Assembly: GCA_016748015.1 (NCBI GenBank)
Contig: JAAOMT010000134.1
Span: 812,757-876,756 of the forward strand
Length of the DNA stretch: 64,000 nt
From: Geosiphon pyriformis uo1
Lineage: Eukaryota > Fungi > Glomeromycota
Direction: 5' to 3'
The notes under the pieces were generated by a model, which saw only the letters and a program-made list of their open reading frames with translations, did not search any database and was not told the origin of the DNA. This document shows positions 27,380 to 40,073 of this stretch, piece by piece. The stretch's first letter is position 1; the number at the start of each line of letters is the position of its first letter. Both the position numbers and the translations under genes were made by a program.

Positions 27380-29060
27380 TCTATTAGTAAAAAAATAATT
27401 TCAACCAAAATATATTTTTAAAATAATTTAACCACTAAACATTATTAAAATAAAAAATTTCGAAATTTATTTATATTGAAACAAAAAATTTTTAATATTA
27501 CTAAACATGCTTCTAATCAAAATATTGTTATATATGCTAGTTGATTTTTATTGATATTGTTGTCAAATAATTAATTTTAAACTTAAAAATTTATTTAAAT
27601 GTAAAATTGTAATAAAATACAATTGCAAATATAAAAGCTAACGCTATTAAATTCTCTTAATTGTTTTATAACTACCAAAATTTTTTCAAGATAACAAGAA
27701 TTTTGAAAAGTACAATATATAATTCCATTAAATTATAAAAAAGAGTTAATTAACCAAAAAAATCACAATTAATATGGTTAAATTAAAAATAAAATAAAAT
27801 ATTAATTTTATATTTAATTATTTTACTAAAAATATAAAAAAATTAATTTATTTTAGTAAATAAGTACAAACAATTTTTTTAATTTATAAATTAAATTTTT
27901 ATGTAAACCAAATTTAAATTTCATTATTGGAATCAAAATATTATAATTTTTAATAAATTATATATTTTTATTTATTATATAAAATAAAAAACATAGGCTA
28001 AACAAACAGTAATGGGTTATTATTTAAGTTTTATTAAGAGCAGATAAAACAAATAAAACAGTCACCAGTTTATATAATATGTTGTCAATTGCAAAAAAAA
28101 ATTATAATAATACAAATATTAAATATAATAAGATAAAGTTTTTAGATTATATATTTGTCTATATTGGTAATTATAAAACATTTGGCAATTGGTAATTAAT
28201 GTATTTTATAATAATTTCTGAAATTCTGAAATTTGAAAACTTAATACTTTTGTATACAAATATATACATAAAATTTTGAAAATTGCTAAAATAATAAAAA
28301 TTAAAGATAAAAGATTTTACAAAAATTTATTGTAAATAAATTTGGTATTTCTTAGCAAAGATAAAAGTAAAATTTAAAAATTCTTGTTTTTTTTATTGCT
28401 TAACAAAGTAATTATTGATAAAAAGTTTGTGTATATTATTTTGTAAAATATGTTAATAAGTTAAACTTGAAAATAATAAAAAGCCATAATATTGAATTAA
28501 GTTATTTAAAATTTATAAAATTAAAAAAACCAGTATATATATTATTAAATTTATAAAAATAAAATAATAGTTGTTAATTTTATTTTTAACAAATTAATAT
28601 ATGTTGGTTTTAAATTTATTTTAATAAATATAGATTGGTTTTTAAATTATAATAAAACAAGTGGTTGGTCACGTTGGTTGGACTATACCGTCAGCAAAAA
28701 AATAAATAAATAAAACGAAATATTTTTTCAAAATTTTGTAATATAATATTAAACAATTAAAATAATAAATCAATGAATAATAATGTTATTATTGAATTTA
28801 AATTTTACTGATTAAAAATTTAATAAAAATTTCAAATGCTTTAAAACAAAAAAATTAAATTTAGTTTTATTATATTAATCAAGTAAAATGGTTTTACTTA
28901 AAAAATTTTTTTAATAAAACAAGAATTTTTAAGGAAACCAATATGCAATAATAATTAATATTACTCAATCAAAATTTAAAATTATTTTTACAAATGGCAA
29001 TATTATTATCAAACTTTAAAACAAATTTTGAAATATCAAACAGTTATCAATTGAAAACAT
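27380..29060. other. Extremely AT-rich block, probably eroded retroelement DNA; retains a LINE 3'-end-like motif at 28658-28674 followed by an A-rich run
   Basis: Composition; CAAGTGGTTGGTCACGT matches the LINE 3' UTR motif at 44835-44861 (reverse strand) at 14/17 positions, all differences transitions. Confidence 0.55.
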
Positions 29061-29193
29061 TACAACTTTTAAATATGGTCTCCATTTAAAAACATCCATT
29101 GACGTAGCCTTTGAATTGAATAAATTTGGCAAACAAAAAGAAGCGTGGCAAAACAGCGACCCTGACATTCCAAGGGAATTTTTATAATCAAAC

Positions 29194-32100
29194 CTAATGA
29201 TGATCGACCTCGGTGTTATTTAGGGAGTTAGCAAATAATTTGATGCTGGCTAGAGCATCTTCTAATGTTTTCCCAGACCCTATAACGATCATAATGTATT
29301 CATATTAAGTACCATTTTGGGATGGTTGTAAAATATTGACAACTAAAAAATCACCAACCGTCTATTGAGTTCAGGAATCTTACAAGCTCTGTACAAAGCT
29401 AGATCAAAAGAATTAGTAGAAATCGTAAAAATTCAAGTTCAAGCGAAGAAAAGTTGGAACTTTTATTACTTCATAATCCTCTGCTTCCATCGCTTTTAAC
29501 AAGAGTCGTATAGTATCCTGTAAATGGGAAAGGATTTTTAAATCTCAATATACATTTTCCATTATCCGCGTTAATTTAACATGCTATTTTTACCTCGCTG
29601 CTATGTGCTGTGGGTTCAAGTGTATGCAAAACCAAAAGATAAGAGGTCGCAGTCTTCAGAAAGCCGGTAGTCATACATCTCTGGTTTTTACCAAAATGGA
29701 AATGAATATGAGTTTCATTTTCTTTGCATAAAATTATGTTTCGAAACTTTTTATCATCCTATGTACCTCAAATAAATCTTTGGGGCTCCCCACAATAGAA
29801 AAAAGGTAATCCCATAAAGCAACTTCTGTTTTACGGGCACATCCAACAATCACATCTAACGCGTGAGGGAAATCATCGAGGAATCTCACAACACGTGGTA
29901 AAACGGCTCCTGTGGGTTATTGACAAATTAATTTTGGGTATTGGTTGAAAATTACATATTTCCCCAAAATGCACCTTTAGCTTTTCCGATAGAATGCTCG
30001 GCCTCATCTTCCAAAACTTGATGCAATAACACCTCAAGAGCGTGTCCAAAATAAACCAGTCTCTGATAGCTAGTTGCGAAAGCGACCGCTTCGTCTTCCA
30101 TCCTGAATTTTCATGAAAGAATAAATGATTAAAATGGCTATCAGAATGGCATACTAAAGCCTAATTTAGAAATACTTACTCTCGTGTCAACATGTAACGT
30201 ATAATATATTGGAGAAAAAGGTGCGTCTAATTAAAAAGATATTAGTTGAGAATAATTTGAAAAATAAGTCTTAAGTTATAATTTCTTACATTAGTCGCCA
30301 ATTTAAAAACAGCAAATTCTAAAGATTGGCGAATCGAAGTTTGCTGTTCGACACCCACAATAATTCCTTTCTCGAGAAGAACAGCTGCAAATCAAAAAAA
30401 AATTAGCAGCTTGATACTAGTTTGGGAATTTTCAAATCCTTCCGCGCAAGACCGAAACTTTAAAAGTCAACTAACACAGAGGGTAAAATTCTAATAGTAT
30501 ATGCAAACCCTCCTTATTTGCCGAGAGTAATACGTCATTTTGCCAATCTTTTGCCTTCTCTTCTTGAGACCAGATGTTCATCCATATCTTTTAACGAAAT
30601 GAAAATATTGTTGTAAAGCGTTATAAGTTTGATCGAGTATTTGATTACTTTCTTACCTTTACTCCTTTGCCATCACATGCCCATAAGGAATTTTTCAAAC
30701 TTCCTACTCCACGATTCGCCATCCAATAAAATTCAATTTTATCGGCAAGTACATGCAAGTCGTATTGGACTTCTCCGGCATCACTCTGAGCGTTCAAATC
30801 ATTAATTTTGGATATTTATGTTTGGTAAAAATTTCCTACTTCCAAAAAGATATTTAATTACCTTTTGTGGGTGTAATAATACAAGTTTTCCATCGATCAA
30901 AAAAATAATTGAGGCAGTTTGCATATTATCTGGTGTAAATGATTCTGTAAAAAGTTATGTTGAGAATTGTAAATATCAAGATCTCGCGGTTTTATAGTTC
31001 ATATGCAAAGAAATCTGTTAAATATTTAATTCTATTTTAGTAACTCAAAACCATACGTAACTGTGGAATTTAGGCTGAAACCAAGATATCGATCTTACTC
31101 TAGCAGGGGCATGTATGACACCCACAAACGAAATTTGCTGGCAAAGGGTAAGCCCCAGAAATTGAATCGCGCTACCGGATTGTGACGTCACGAGATAATG
31201 ATAAATCATATTGTCACCACAGTATGCTAGCAAAGCGTTGTCGAGTAAGCTTAAGTATAATATGCTGCTTGGCACTTGAACATAGTGGATTAGGTAGATA
31301 TTATCGAGGTTGGTTTCGCGAGAATACATTCTAATCTATTTGAGGATACTAAAAATCTTAGTCTGGTTCCGTGAAAGAGTAAAAATTTTTGATTTCACCT
31401 CGTTAGTGTGTGTCCTCAAATTTTCACATGCAGCAACCAAAATATGCTTAAGCCATAGAAGCCCACCACGTACAACAAATTCTTGCTCCTAACGTAAGAA
31501 AATATTCATTCAATCAGACTATACACATGGAATGGAAAAATGGATGCTTTCATACCTGTTGTTGGTTGCCAAAAAGTTTCCATCGATCTGAAGATACATT
31601 ATAATGGGCAAGTCCTCGACGACCTGCTATTGCTATATACCTACCGTCTCCACTTATAGAAGCATACTATTGAAGAAAACGCCATCACCCAAAAGTTTGG
31701 TCCTCAATTTCTTTCATATAGACACCATATTTATTTTTTTAGTTTTTTTTGGACCAAAAATTTAGATGATTACAAATACCTTAATGGGCCAGTTATCTGT
31801 AATATACATATTGGGAATCTGAAGTGTTTAGAAATTTAATTAGTCAATAATTATGCTGAATATTAAGCGAATATTCTAAAAGATTTACAGGAATATGCTG
31901 CCAGACAATCGCATCAGGATTTATTGCACTTAAATCCTCCTGGTCACCACCCCGATATAACAGAAGACGATCATCCATTTGCAGAAATCCGCGTTTGGCA
32001 TTATCCTATATAATGAAGAAAATCAAATTTAAACGCTGATTGATAGTGACTTAACACATTTTCGAGCACTTACAGGACTATGGAACCCTGTAACGGCAGA

Positions 32101-34542
32101 TCTCACAAATGGTAAGCTGTACAATTGGTTTTCTGGTTTTGATGGAATGTAAACTCATCCAATTCATAAAAGAAAGTTCTCAAAATATATATTACACCGC
32201 AATTACCATTTTTCGCGCGGGCAGTATGTAAAATATACAGTTCGTAATCACCAATACTCCAAAACTAAAAAAGAAGTGAGTAATAGAGAAATTTGATCAA
32301 CACATATAAATTTAGTCCTTGATACATTAGAACATCGACCTCTTACCAAGTTATCGATCCCGAGCAAAAATAAGTCTTGAAAATTATCATGCCTACCTCG
32401 TTTCGAAACCAAAACATTAATTGAGTGAATGAAACAAGATTTAAAATAACCTATATAATAAAAAAGAGAAGACATACAATGATTGGGGCCCATCCTCGTT
32501 TAATGTAGTCATGAGAAGTCTTCCGTAAACGCTCCAAACGGCCAAACCCTCATCTCGCCAACCAATAGCAACAGCATAACCGTCTGATGTCCAAGCTATA
32601 GAAGTTACAGGACCTGTCGAAATGGGTTTTTTCAATTAAAGACAAAAAGCTTAAGAACCATGCGCAAGTGTTTTATATAATTTTGAAGGATATCAGATGA
32701 AGTTTCCAAGTGATCTGAAACACAGAGTTTGTGAGATAGATGAATGCTGCCGTTGTAATTTTTTGCGAAATATATATGGACTATTCCACTATAAGAATGA
32801 AAAATCGAAATGAGAATCTCAAAATCAATTTAATAAAAATTTTGCTATCCAACCTACCATTCAGTACCCACTGCCAACAAGGAAAACTTCGCATTGATAG
32901 CAATGCAAGTGGCTCTCAAAGACGAAGGAAGCTCTTGTTGATTTCCACCATGAAAAGAAAATCCAGCCCAATAAATAGGTAAACTTTTCGAGCCCGCTGG
33001 CTTATTTTTCATTTACTAAATAATATGAGTGTACATCCAAGAAATGTTGGCGACTTTCCAAAATTTTTAAAAACTTACAGAAAGGGGTTGCTCATTAAAC
33101 TGTACGGCGTATGCACGTCCATCGGAGGTTATCCAACCAAAAAGGCTTATCTTTCGATCATATACAATGCAAGTAATTTCAGCTGCAATCCAAAGATAAA
33201 TTTTGTTTTCTTAGATAAAAATTTATGCTAATTCACTTTAGGACCTCTTTGACAAGAATTTTATCCCCATGATGAACTAGAGGAGTCCTGTACATGCTTC
33301 ATAAATATGGTTTCCAAGCCCATTACTCAATGGGACAGCATAGAATTTGGGATGGACTTTACAACGCTATTGCTCAAATAAACTGGTTTGCGATAAAATT
33401 CCAACCCACCAGGAAAAAGTTCATCATCGAACCCTCACACACCTTTCTTGGATTGCAAAAATTCAAGCCTAGCCAAAATGTTGGTCTTTGTTGCACCAGG
33501 TTCAGCTTGCCAGGGAATGGATTGTATTGCTGGAGGATTTTTTGTGGAAACAACTAAATACTCCTCGGTCCCAATTCCCCTTTAGACCCAATAACCAAGT
33601 TAAATAGGATTTGGATTGGATGAAGAGTCAGTTTCTTCAGTTGATTATCATTACTTACGTTTCCATGCCAGCATCGATCCTAATAGTCATTCTGAATTTC
33701 AACAAAAATGTTTTAACTCCATTTCCTTCACCTGGACCGGTGATATAGTGATGAGATATTTGGCCAAATTGATATTTGTAACTCTTATCTTCAAATGGTA
33801 ACACGGTGTAAGTGAAGAGGCAGCTTTTGGTTGTCTAAGAACGATTCAAATTCGAATTCGTTGGTTTAAAAATCATATTTCCAAAACTAAACCGATTTGA
33901 ATGATAGACTTGAACCTGAACAACGATAAGAGTGCCATCAGGCTTCCAAAAAACATCCTTATTCTCGCCATATTCTTCTATTGACTTTTTCGTTCGAAAC
34001 ACTTGGGATATCAAGGATGTTGGCTGGTAAAAAATAGGAAAAAATCAATATATATATATATATATATATCGGGCGAACTCAAGTTAAAAAAGTGAAATTT
34101 GACATTTCTGGCTTAATGACAGGAATAATCTTTTTAGCTTAAAGATAAAATCTACTATAATTCACTTTCTTTTGATCATCTATCTGTATTAAATAATAAA
34201 AATGATAATTTCTATAAAAGTAAAAGTACATTCATATAAAATAAACCATTCATGCACTCCCTAAACAAAGGGTATCTCGCCTCTCTCAATCCAAAGTCAA
34301 ATATGAAAATTTTTGGCTTGAGCTCAAGTTCACAAAGTGGAAAATATTTATTTAATTACCCGAAGTCCCCATAATTGTACAGACCGGATCGACAACGTCA
34401 CAAATAAGTTTCCTGCTTTGTTACGTTTCAACCCCAATATGGTCTGCTGTGAAGAAGAATTCTGAATTTCTCCCGAGTCATCTGTTGTCTGGCTGAAAAG
34501 AGGGACTTCCAAAGTCTTTGCAATGCCACTGGCCCAATACAT
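29194..34542 (-). CDS. RIC1: RIC1, Rab6/Ypt6 GEF complex subunit (multi-exon)
   Basis: MYWASG start; AWTSDGYAVAIGW, GLAVWSVYGRL, IAIAGRRGLAHY, WKLFGNQQQEQ, FYPLSVLLEKGIIVG, FGHALEVLLHQVLE, VVGCARKTE, TATSYLLVL; stop at 29194-29196. Confidence 0.9.
34048..34069. repeat. (TA)n microsatellite in RIC1 intron 1
   Basis: Visible dinucleotide run. Confidence 0.85.
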
Positions 34543-34884
34543 AGGTTAATATTTGTTTGAAAATCAAGCGAACTTTAATTTATAAATTCCTTTACTCGAT
34601 TTAGGATCCTTATAATTCCAAGACTTTTGAGAGCAATATTAAGATTATCATGCATGTATAACTGTCACATGGTAGTTAAACAATGTTATGCATTGCTACT
34701 ATTTCTCAAAGCCCGGAGAAAAATTCCCCGAGCGCCATTTTCATCACTATCCATTACAGTCTTACAATTTCGGCATTTATATATCGCAGATCCTCGATAT
34801 TTTGGATGTTTCCACACCAACTACAAAAATAAATAAAATAAAATAAAATAATAATAATTCATATTTGATTTAATTCGGTTTGAT

Positions 34885-35205
34885 TTATTTTTTTATTGCT
34901 GTAATGAAGTGTGGCCCAATCCCCAACTATAACATAAGATTACAGTACATGTGACCAGCCACCTGAGCTAGTCTGACCTATCACGCAGCAAGAAATGACT
35001 CACGAAATCAGCCGCACATGAAAAAAATTCAAACTATTACGCGAACCAGCAAAGACTATATGGCCCAAGGTTAGCACACATATTGGCCTTAGGCAACCAA
35101 ATTTTCTTCCTGTGCAAACCAACAAAGCAATAAACAAAATCCACCACCTTTAATGCCAAATCCAAAAACTGGAGATATTAGCCACCCAAGCCTTAAAAAT
35201 AAATA
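34885..35205 (-). mobile_element. Probable 3'-terminal fragment of a LINE related to the 44.7-51.6 kb element
   Basis: T-run at ~34888, then ACATGTGACCAGCCACCTGAGCTAGTC (34947), 22/27 identical to 44835-44861 with all differences transitions; similar strand composition. Confidence 0.5.
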
Positions 35206-35453
35206 TTCATGGTAAAATTATTAAGTAATAATTTGTAAATTAGTATTAGTATTAATTTAAATTTTAAGTAGTAAATTATCTTAATTTTTGTTATGAAGTC
35301 TTTATAATATATAGTATTAATTTAAATTTCAAATAGTAAATAATTTTTTTCTTTCTTTCTTTTTATTATTAATATTATTTTAATTATTACTTTTTTTTGT
35401 TATAAAAGTAATTTTTTACTCTTTTAAGTTAATTTTAAAAATATTAATTCTAC

Positions 35454-35527
<74 letters not shown>
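35454..35527. repeat. (ATT)n microsatellite, ~24 units
   Basis: Perfect triplet run. Confidence 0.95.
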
Positions 35528-35528
<1 letters not shown>

Positions 35529-35820
35529 ACAAAAAAAAGTTTAAACAATAAAAACAGCTTTTTAAAACTTTATTAAAATAAAAAAGTTTTTATTAAAAAA
35601 TTAATCTTCAATAAATATAAATTGGCCAAAAATTATTTGTTATTAATAATAAAATGCAAAAATAATAAACAAAATACAATTAAAAACATAAAAACTAAAA
35701 AATGCAAAAAATACTCTCAATTGTACATTATCAATCAAAAACAAGTCTTAAAACAATAAATAAAATTGGCCAGATTTGTTTTTAAATACAGTAATGGAAT
35801 AAAGCAAAAACAGTATTATA

Positions 35821-36491
35821 GATGCACCAATACATCATCTTTCTTCATTATGGCCACACAAAATTACATGTGATAACAAACTTGCCTGGATTTATGAGAT
35901 AGAAAAACAAGTCCACGAAACCCAAGTGGATAGGTTTATTCATGTAGTCTCTATTGATCCTGGCATTCATACACCTTTTACATAGTATTCTCCTACTAAA
36001 AGAATAGATAAAATTGGTCGACAAGATATTGGACGTATTATTCGTATTTGCATCTAAATACAATCAACTTCTAGACGCAAAAAGAAGAAAGCTAAAAGAC
36101 TTGATAAAGCAATACCATGTATGCAACGAAAAATTAAATGAAATTCACAGAAAAGCTATTGCTTTTTTTACCCATGAATTCGACGCTATCATCATTTCGC
36201 CGTTCGAGGTACACGAAAATCAGTCCGAAAAATGCTTGGCTGGGCACATTATCGATTTCGACAACGTTTAATAGCCAAAACAGAGGAATTAGGAATTCAT
36301 GTGATTATCCAAAATGAAGCTTATACGTCCAAGACTTGTAGTTGGTGTGGAAATATCCAAAATATCGGAGGATCTGCGACATAAATGCCAAATTGCAAGA
36401 CTAATGGACAGATGAAAATGGCGCTCGGGGAATTTTTCTCCGGGCTTTGATTCTCTCTGGAGATCATGCAGGAAATAGTAGTAATGCATGA
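35821..36491 (+). pseudogene. Degenerate Fanzor2/IS607-TnpB-like RNA-guided endonuclease (C-terminal RuvC and zinc-finger half)
   Basis: Reading across stops and frameshifts: HVVSIDPGIHTPFT*YSP (RuvC-I D, 35956); DIGRIIRIC; NEIHRKAIAFFTHEFDAIIISPFEV; RKMLGWAHYRFRQRLIAK; IQNEAYTSKTCSWCG (E, 36316); KC..C; MDR/DENGARGIFLRAL (RuvC-III D, 36411). Confidence 0.85.
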
Positions 36492-36525
36492 CATTGTTTA
36501 ATATTGATATATTACAATCCATCCG
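36423..36525 (+). ncRNA. Candidate Fanzor omegaRNA scaffold (three consecutive stem-loops overlapping the ORF 3' end)
   Basis: Stems 36423-36432/36436-36445 (10 bp, two G-U), TCATGCA 36464-36470/TGCATGA 36485-36491, and ATTGT..AATAT/ATATT.ACAAT 36493-36518. Position fits the known omegaRNA location; expression unverified. Confidence 0.4.
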
Positions 36526-37085
36526 AATAAATTGTGGTTATTGTTAAAGGTTTCGTACCTTTCAACTCTTCCCGAACTGCGCGAAATGGCTGACCGAGAA
36601 TCTGAATCGAAAACGATCTTGATTTGGGGTTAATATAAAGGGATGCACTGGTTCTTGTACCGATAAAAGTACCTCGGGACCCGAGAAACTATGGAGGTTC
36701 ACTCAGTTCAATTCCAAACACTTTTCAATTTGACACAAAGAAACCAAATACGTCCTTCCTATTAAAAAATATGCCTATCTCTATATTATTATTACCGGTA
36801 AAAGTTTAATAAAGGACTAGAAGTAGCTAGTTAAACTATTTCCAGAACGAGAGAAATCCGCCGAATATCTTTAATGTGGTTAATTCCAATTATCTTTGGT
36901 GGTTAGGAGAAAGAAATGCTATATAAAAGGAAGGTAACATCCCAACCCCCAAGCCACTGAATATTCACTTCTTCTAGTTTAGTTGAGGCATACTCAAAAA
37001 GTAGATTGATTTAATTTGTTTCCGTATTGATGGGATGACATGTTGCTCCAGATCTTGCTTTGGTAATTTAGAAAGTTTACATGCT

Positions 37086-39724
37086 TTAAAGCTGGAAATT
37101 AATGAATAAATTTAGAAATTTCTCATTCCATGCTTATGAGAGATCAAATAAAACTCTCACCGGACAGTTGGAATGCTTTTTGCTTGGATTTGTTAATTTT
37201 TTGGTTTTAAGAACAGCCAAGTCTTCAATGATCCGTCTTCTGGTCACGGCCGGAAGGATAATATCATCAATAAACCTAAATAAATTTAAAATTTATCATG
37301 AAAAAATGAATAAATCATCGCAACTCCTCAGAAATATATATTTTGTGGATTAATAACCCTCTGGCTGCTGCTGGTAACGGGTTTGCAAACTTTTAGGATT
37401 TTGCAAAGAAAAATCATTACAATTAGCAAAATTATTCGTAATTGCAAAATGATTTTGATTTTGATTAAAAATTATACCTTATCTAGATTATTTAGATGAA
37501 GGCAAAAAAAGGTTTAAATAATTGCTCCAAAGGACTTGTCCAACAAGGGAAAAATCACTTGCCAATGTATTCTTGTTCCGCTTGACCTCGATCTTTGACG
37601 TGACGGAAAATAATTTCAACCGCACCCTAATCGCAAATCAAGTATGAAATGGCTTCAGAATCGCTCTTCGAGCTTACGAAAATTAAAGCATTGTGTCAAA
37701 CCTTTGCACCCATTACAGCGATCTCGCTGGTAGGCCATGCGTAATTGATCTATAGAAACATGAAATTAGATATATATAAGCCCAAGTAAAACGGAGGGTA
37801 TGAAAGGCTATTACATACATCACCCCTAAGATGTTTGCTAGACATGACATCATAAGCCCCACCGTATGCTTTTCTTGTTATAATTGTAATTTTGGGGACG
37901 GTTGCCTGAACAAAATGAATCGATAGCAAGTCAGGAAAAGAGGTAAGATTTGTCTTGATATTAAAGCTTGGTTACCTCAGCGTAGGCAAATAAAAGCTTC
38001 GCCCCATGCCGGATGATACCATTATGTTCTTGCGCAGTACCAGGAAGAAAACCAGGCACGTCAACCAAAGTTATTATAGGGATGTTGAATGCGTCACAAA
38101 ATCTAACCCATCGTGCTGCTTTAACTGAAGCATTAATGTCCAAAACGCCTGATGATACCAAGGGCTGATTGCCCACAAGTGAAACAGTTTGACCCTCCAT
38201 TCTGGCAAATCCTATGACAATGTTTTTCGCAAAATCGGGCATAATTTCAAAGAAATTTCCTTCGTCTACAATTCGAGTTATAACATCACGAATATCATAG
38301 GCTTTGGTGGAATCGACTGGAATGATGTGATCGAGCGAAAAATCCTCTCGGTGAGAAGAATCATCTGAATAGCGAACTGGAGCTGGTTCACGATTAGAGA
38401 GAGGTAGAAAATCAAAAAAATCACGTACGCTATAAAATTATTAAACCAAAGGAGGTAGTTCATTTGATTGGCTATTTTACTATCCAGTAAAGCTAAAAAT
38501 GAAATACCGCTGTAAGGCTTCAATGTCATTTTCAAATGCATTGTGTGCTACTCCTAATGGTCAAAACGGGTATGAATATTGGAAGATACTAAAACTTTTG
38601 TTATAAAGAAAATAAATCTTTGATACCGGACAAAACCGTGTGTGCTCTCGCACCACCGAGTTCTTCTTGCGTAACTTCTTCATTGCAAACAGCTTTAACA
38701 ACATCAGGCCCAGTAACAAACAAATAGGAGGTGTCACGAACCATGAATGTGAAATCAGTAAGAGCTGGTGAATAAACAGCGCCACCTATAGAAAAATACA
38801 ATGGGAAAATATTTGACGTTAGAAATTTAATTATTTAATTTTAATAGACACTCTTACCTGCACATGGACCCATGATTAAAGAAATTTGGGGAACCACACC
38901 GGAGCAAAGAACATTTCTTTCAAAAATCTCTGCATAGCCAGCTAAGGAGTCAACACCTTCTTGAATACGAGCACCACCGGAATCATTTAATCCTATGACA
39001 GGGGCACCGACCAAAACAGCTTTATCCATTATCTTGCATATTTTCTCAGCATTCATTCTCGACAAACTGCCTCCAAACGCAGTGAAATCTTGAGAAAAAA
39101 CGAAAACTCGTCTTCCGTTTATAGTTCCATGGCCAGTGACAACCCCATCACCAGTAATCTAATTCAAATAAACGATACTCGGTTAAATTCATCTTTTTAA
39201 TTCCAATTGCCTGAAATTTTACTTGCCTTATTTTGATCCATTCCAAAGTCAACGCATTGATGTTCTACGAAGGTGTCATATTCGTTAAAAGACCCTTGAT
39301 CTAAAAGTAGATCAATTCGTTCTCGGGCGGTTAATTTGCCCTTTAAGTAAATTAGGAAAGAAAATTGCTTTGAGATACCAATCAAAGATTCAATTCAACA
39401 TCTTACATGTTTTACCCATAAAATTTTAAACCTTTTTGTGTTGAATTTCAATTTTTTCCGGGCCACCACCCAGTTGTGCGTCTGCCCTTTTTCTTTGAAT
39501 TCGGTTAATGACATACTACAAAATTGAATAATTAAGATCAATGAGACGCTTCACTGTATAAAAGAATTTCGAAGTAATTATACCTCTTCCCTTGTTTTTC
39601 CGGAGGCATGCCGCTTGATGATGCTTGAAGTTAAAGGGGTGAATTCGCGATAAATAAACTGGTTTTCTCGAACAACGGCGACCCGTGAACGTATAGGGGA
39701 GATGAGAGAGATAATTCTTGACAT
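37086..39724 (-). CDS. PCCB: Propionyl-CoA carboxylase beta chain, mitochondrial (multi-exon)
   Basis: Arg/Ser-rich presequence [14 protein letters not shown]; [94 protein letters not shown]; ends KHSNCP/L-stop through a terminal mini-exon. Confidence 0.95.
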
Positions 39725-40073
39725 GGCTTAGGTTGGCGGAAATCAAAATGGATTCGCAGACAACAATGATTTAGAATTTCCATAAACAGAGATCTTCAAA
39801 TGATTTTCGCGCATTCTTTAACTTCACTAGTTGTTTATATCGTATGTGCTTAACTTAGCCGACTTAAAGAGATTCGGTCAAAGTTAATCTTGGTTCCTTT
39901 CTTCTCCGCATAAAACGCGGGGAGCGTTTTATCAAAAAGTACGACAAGGTAACATTATAATTCACGACTGTCCGCCCTCTGTTCAGTTAAAGTACTTTTG
40001 AGCTAGTTTTCGAAAATTTTCCCTTCGTCACTTGATTCTTCTTAGCCTTTCTCCTACAGATATCTTTGCCAAT
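39725..40073. promoter_or_regulatory. Putative bidirectional promoter shared by PCCB and PCCA
   Basis: 349 bp between divergent ATGs (39724 and 40074); CpG-containing. Confidence 0.6.

Noticed and set aside
35200-35820. Serine-recombinase (IS607 TnpA) gene or left end upstream of the Fanzor relic
   Set aside because: The region is too AT-eroded; no recognisable motif in any frame
36560-36720. GC-richer stretch resembling a structured RNA gene
   Set aside because: No cloverleaf, A/B box or snRNA signature that I can support
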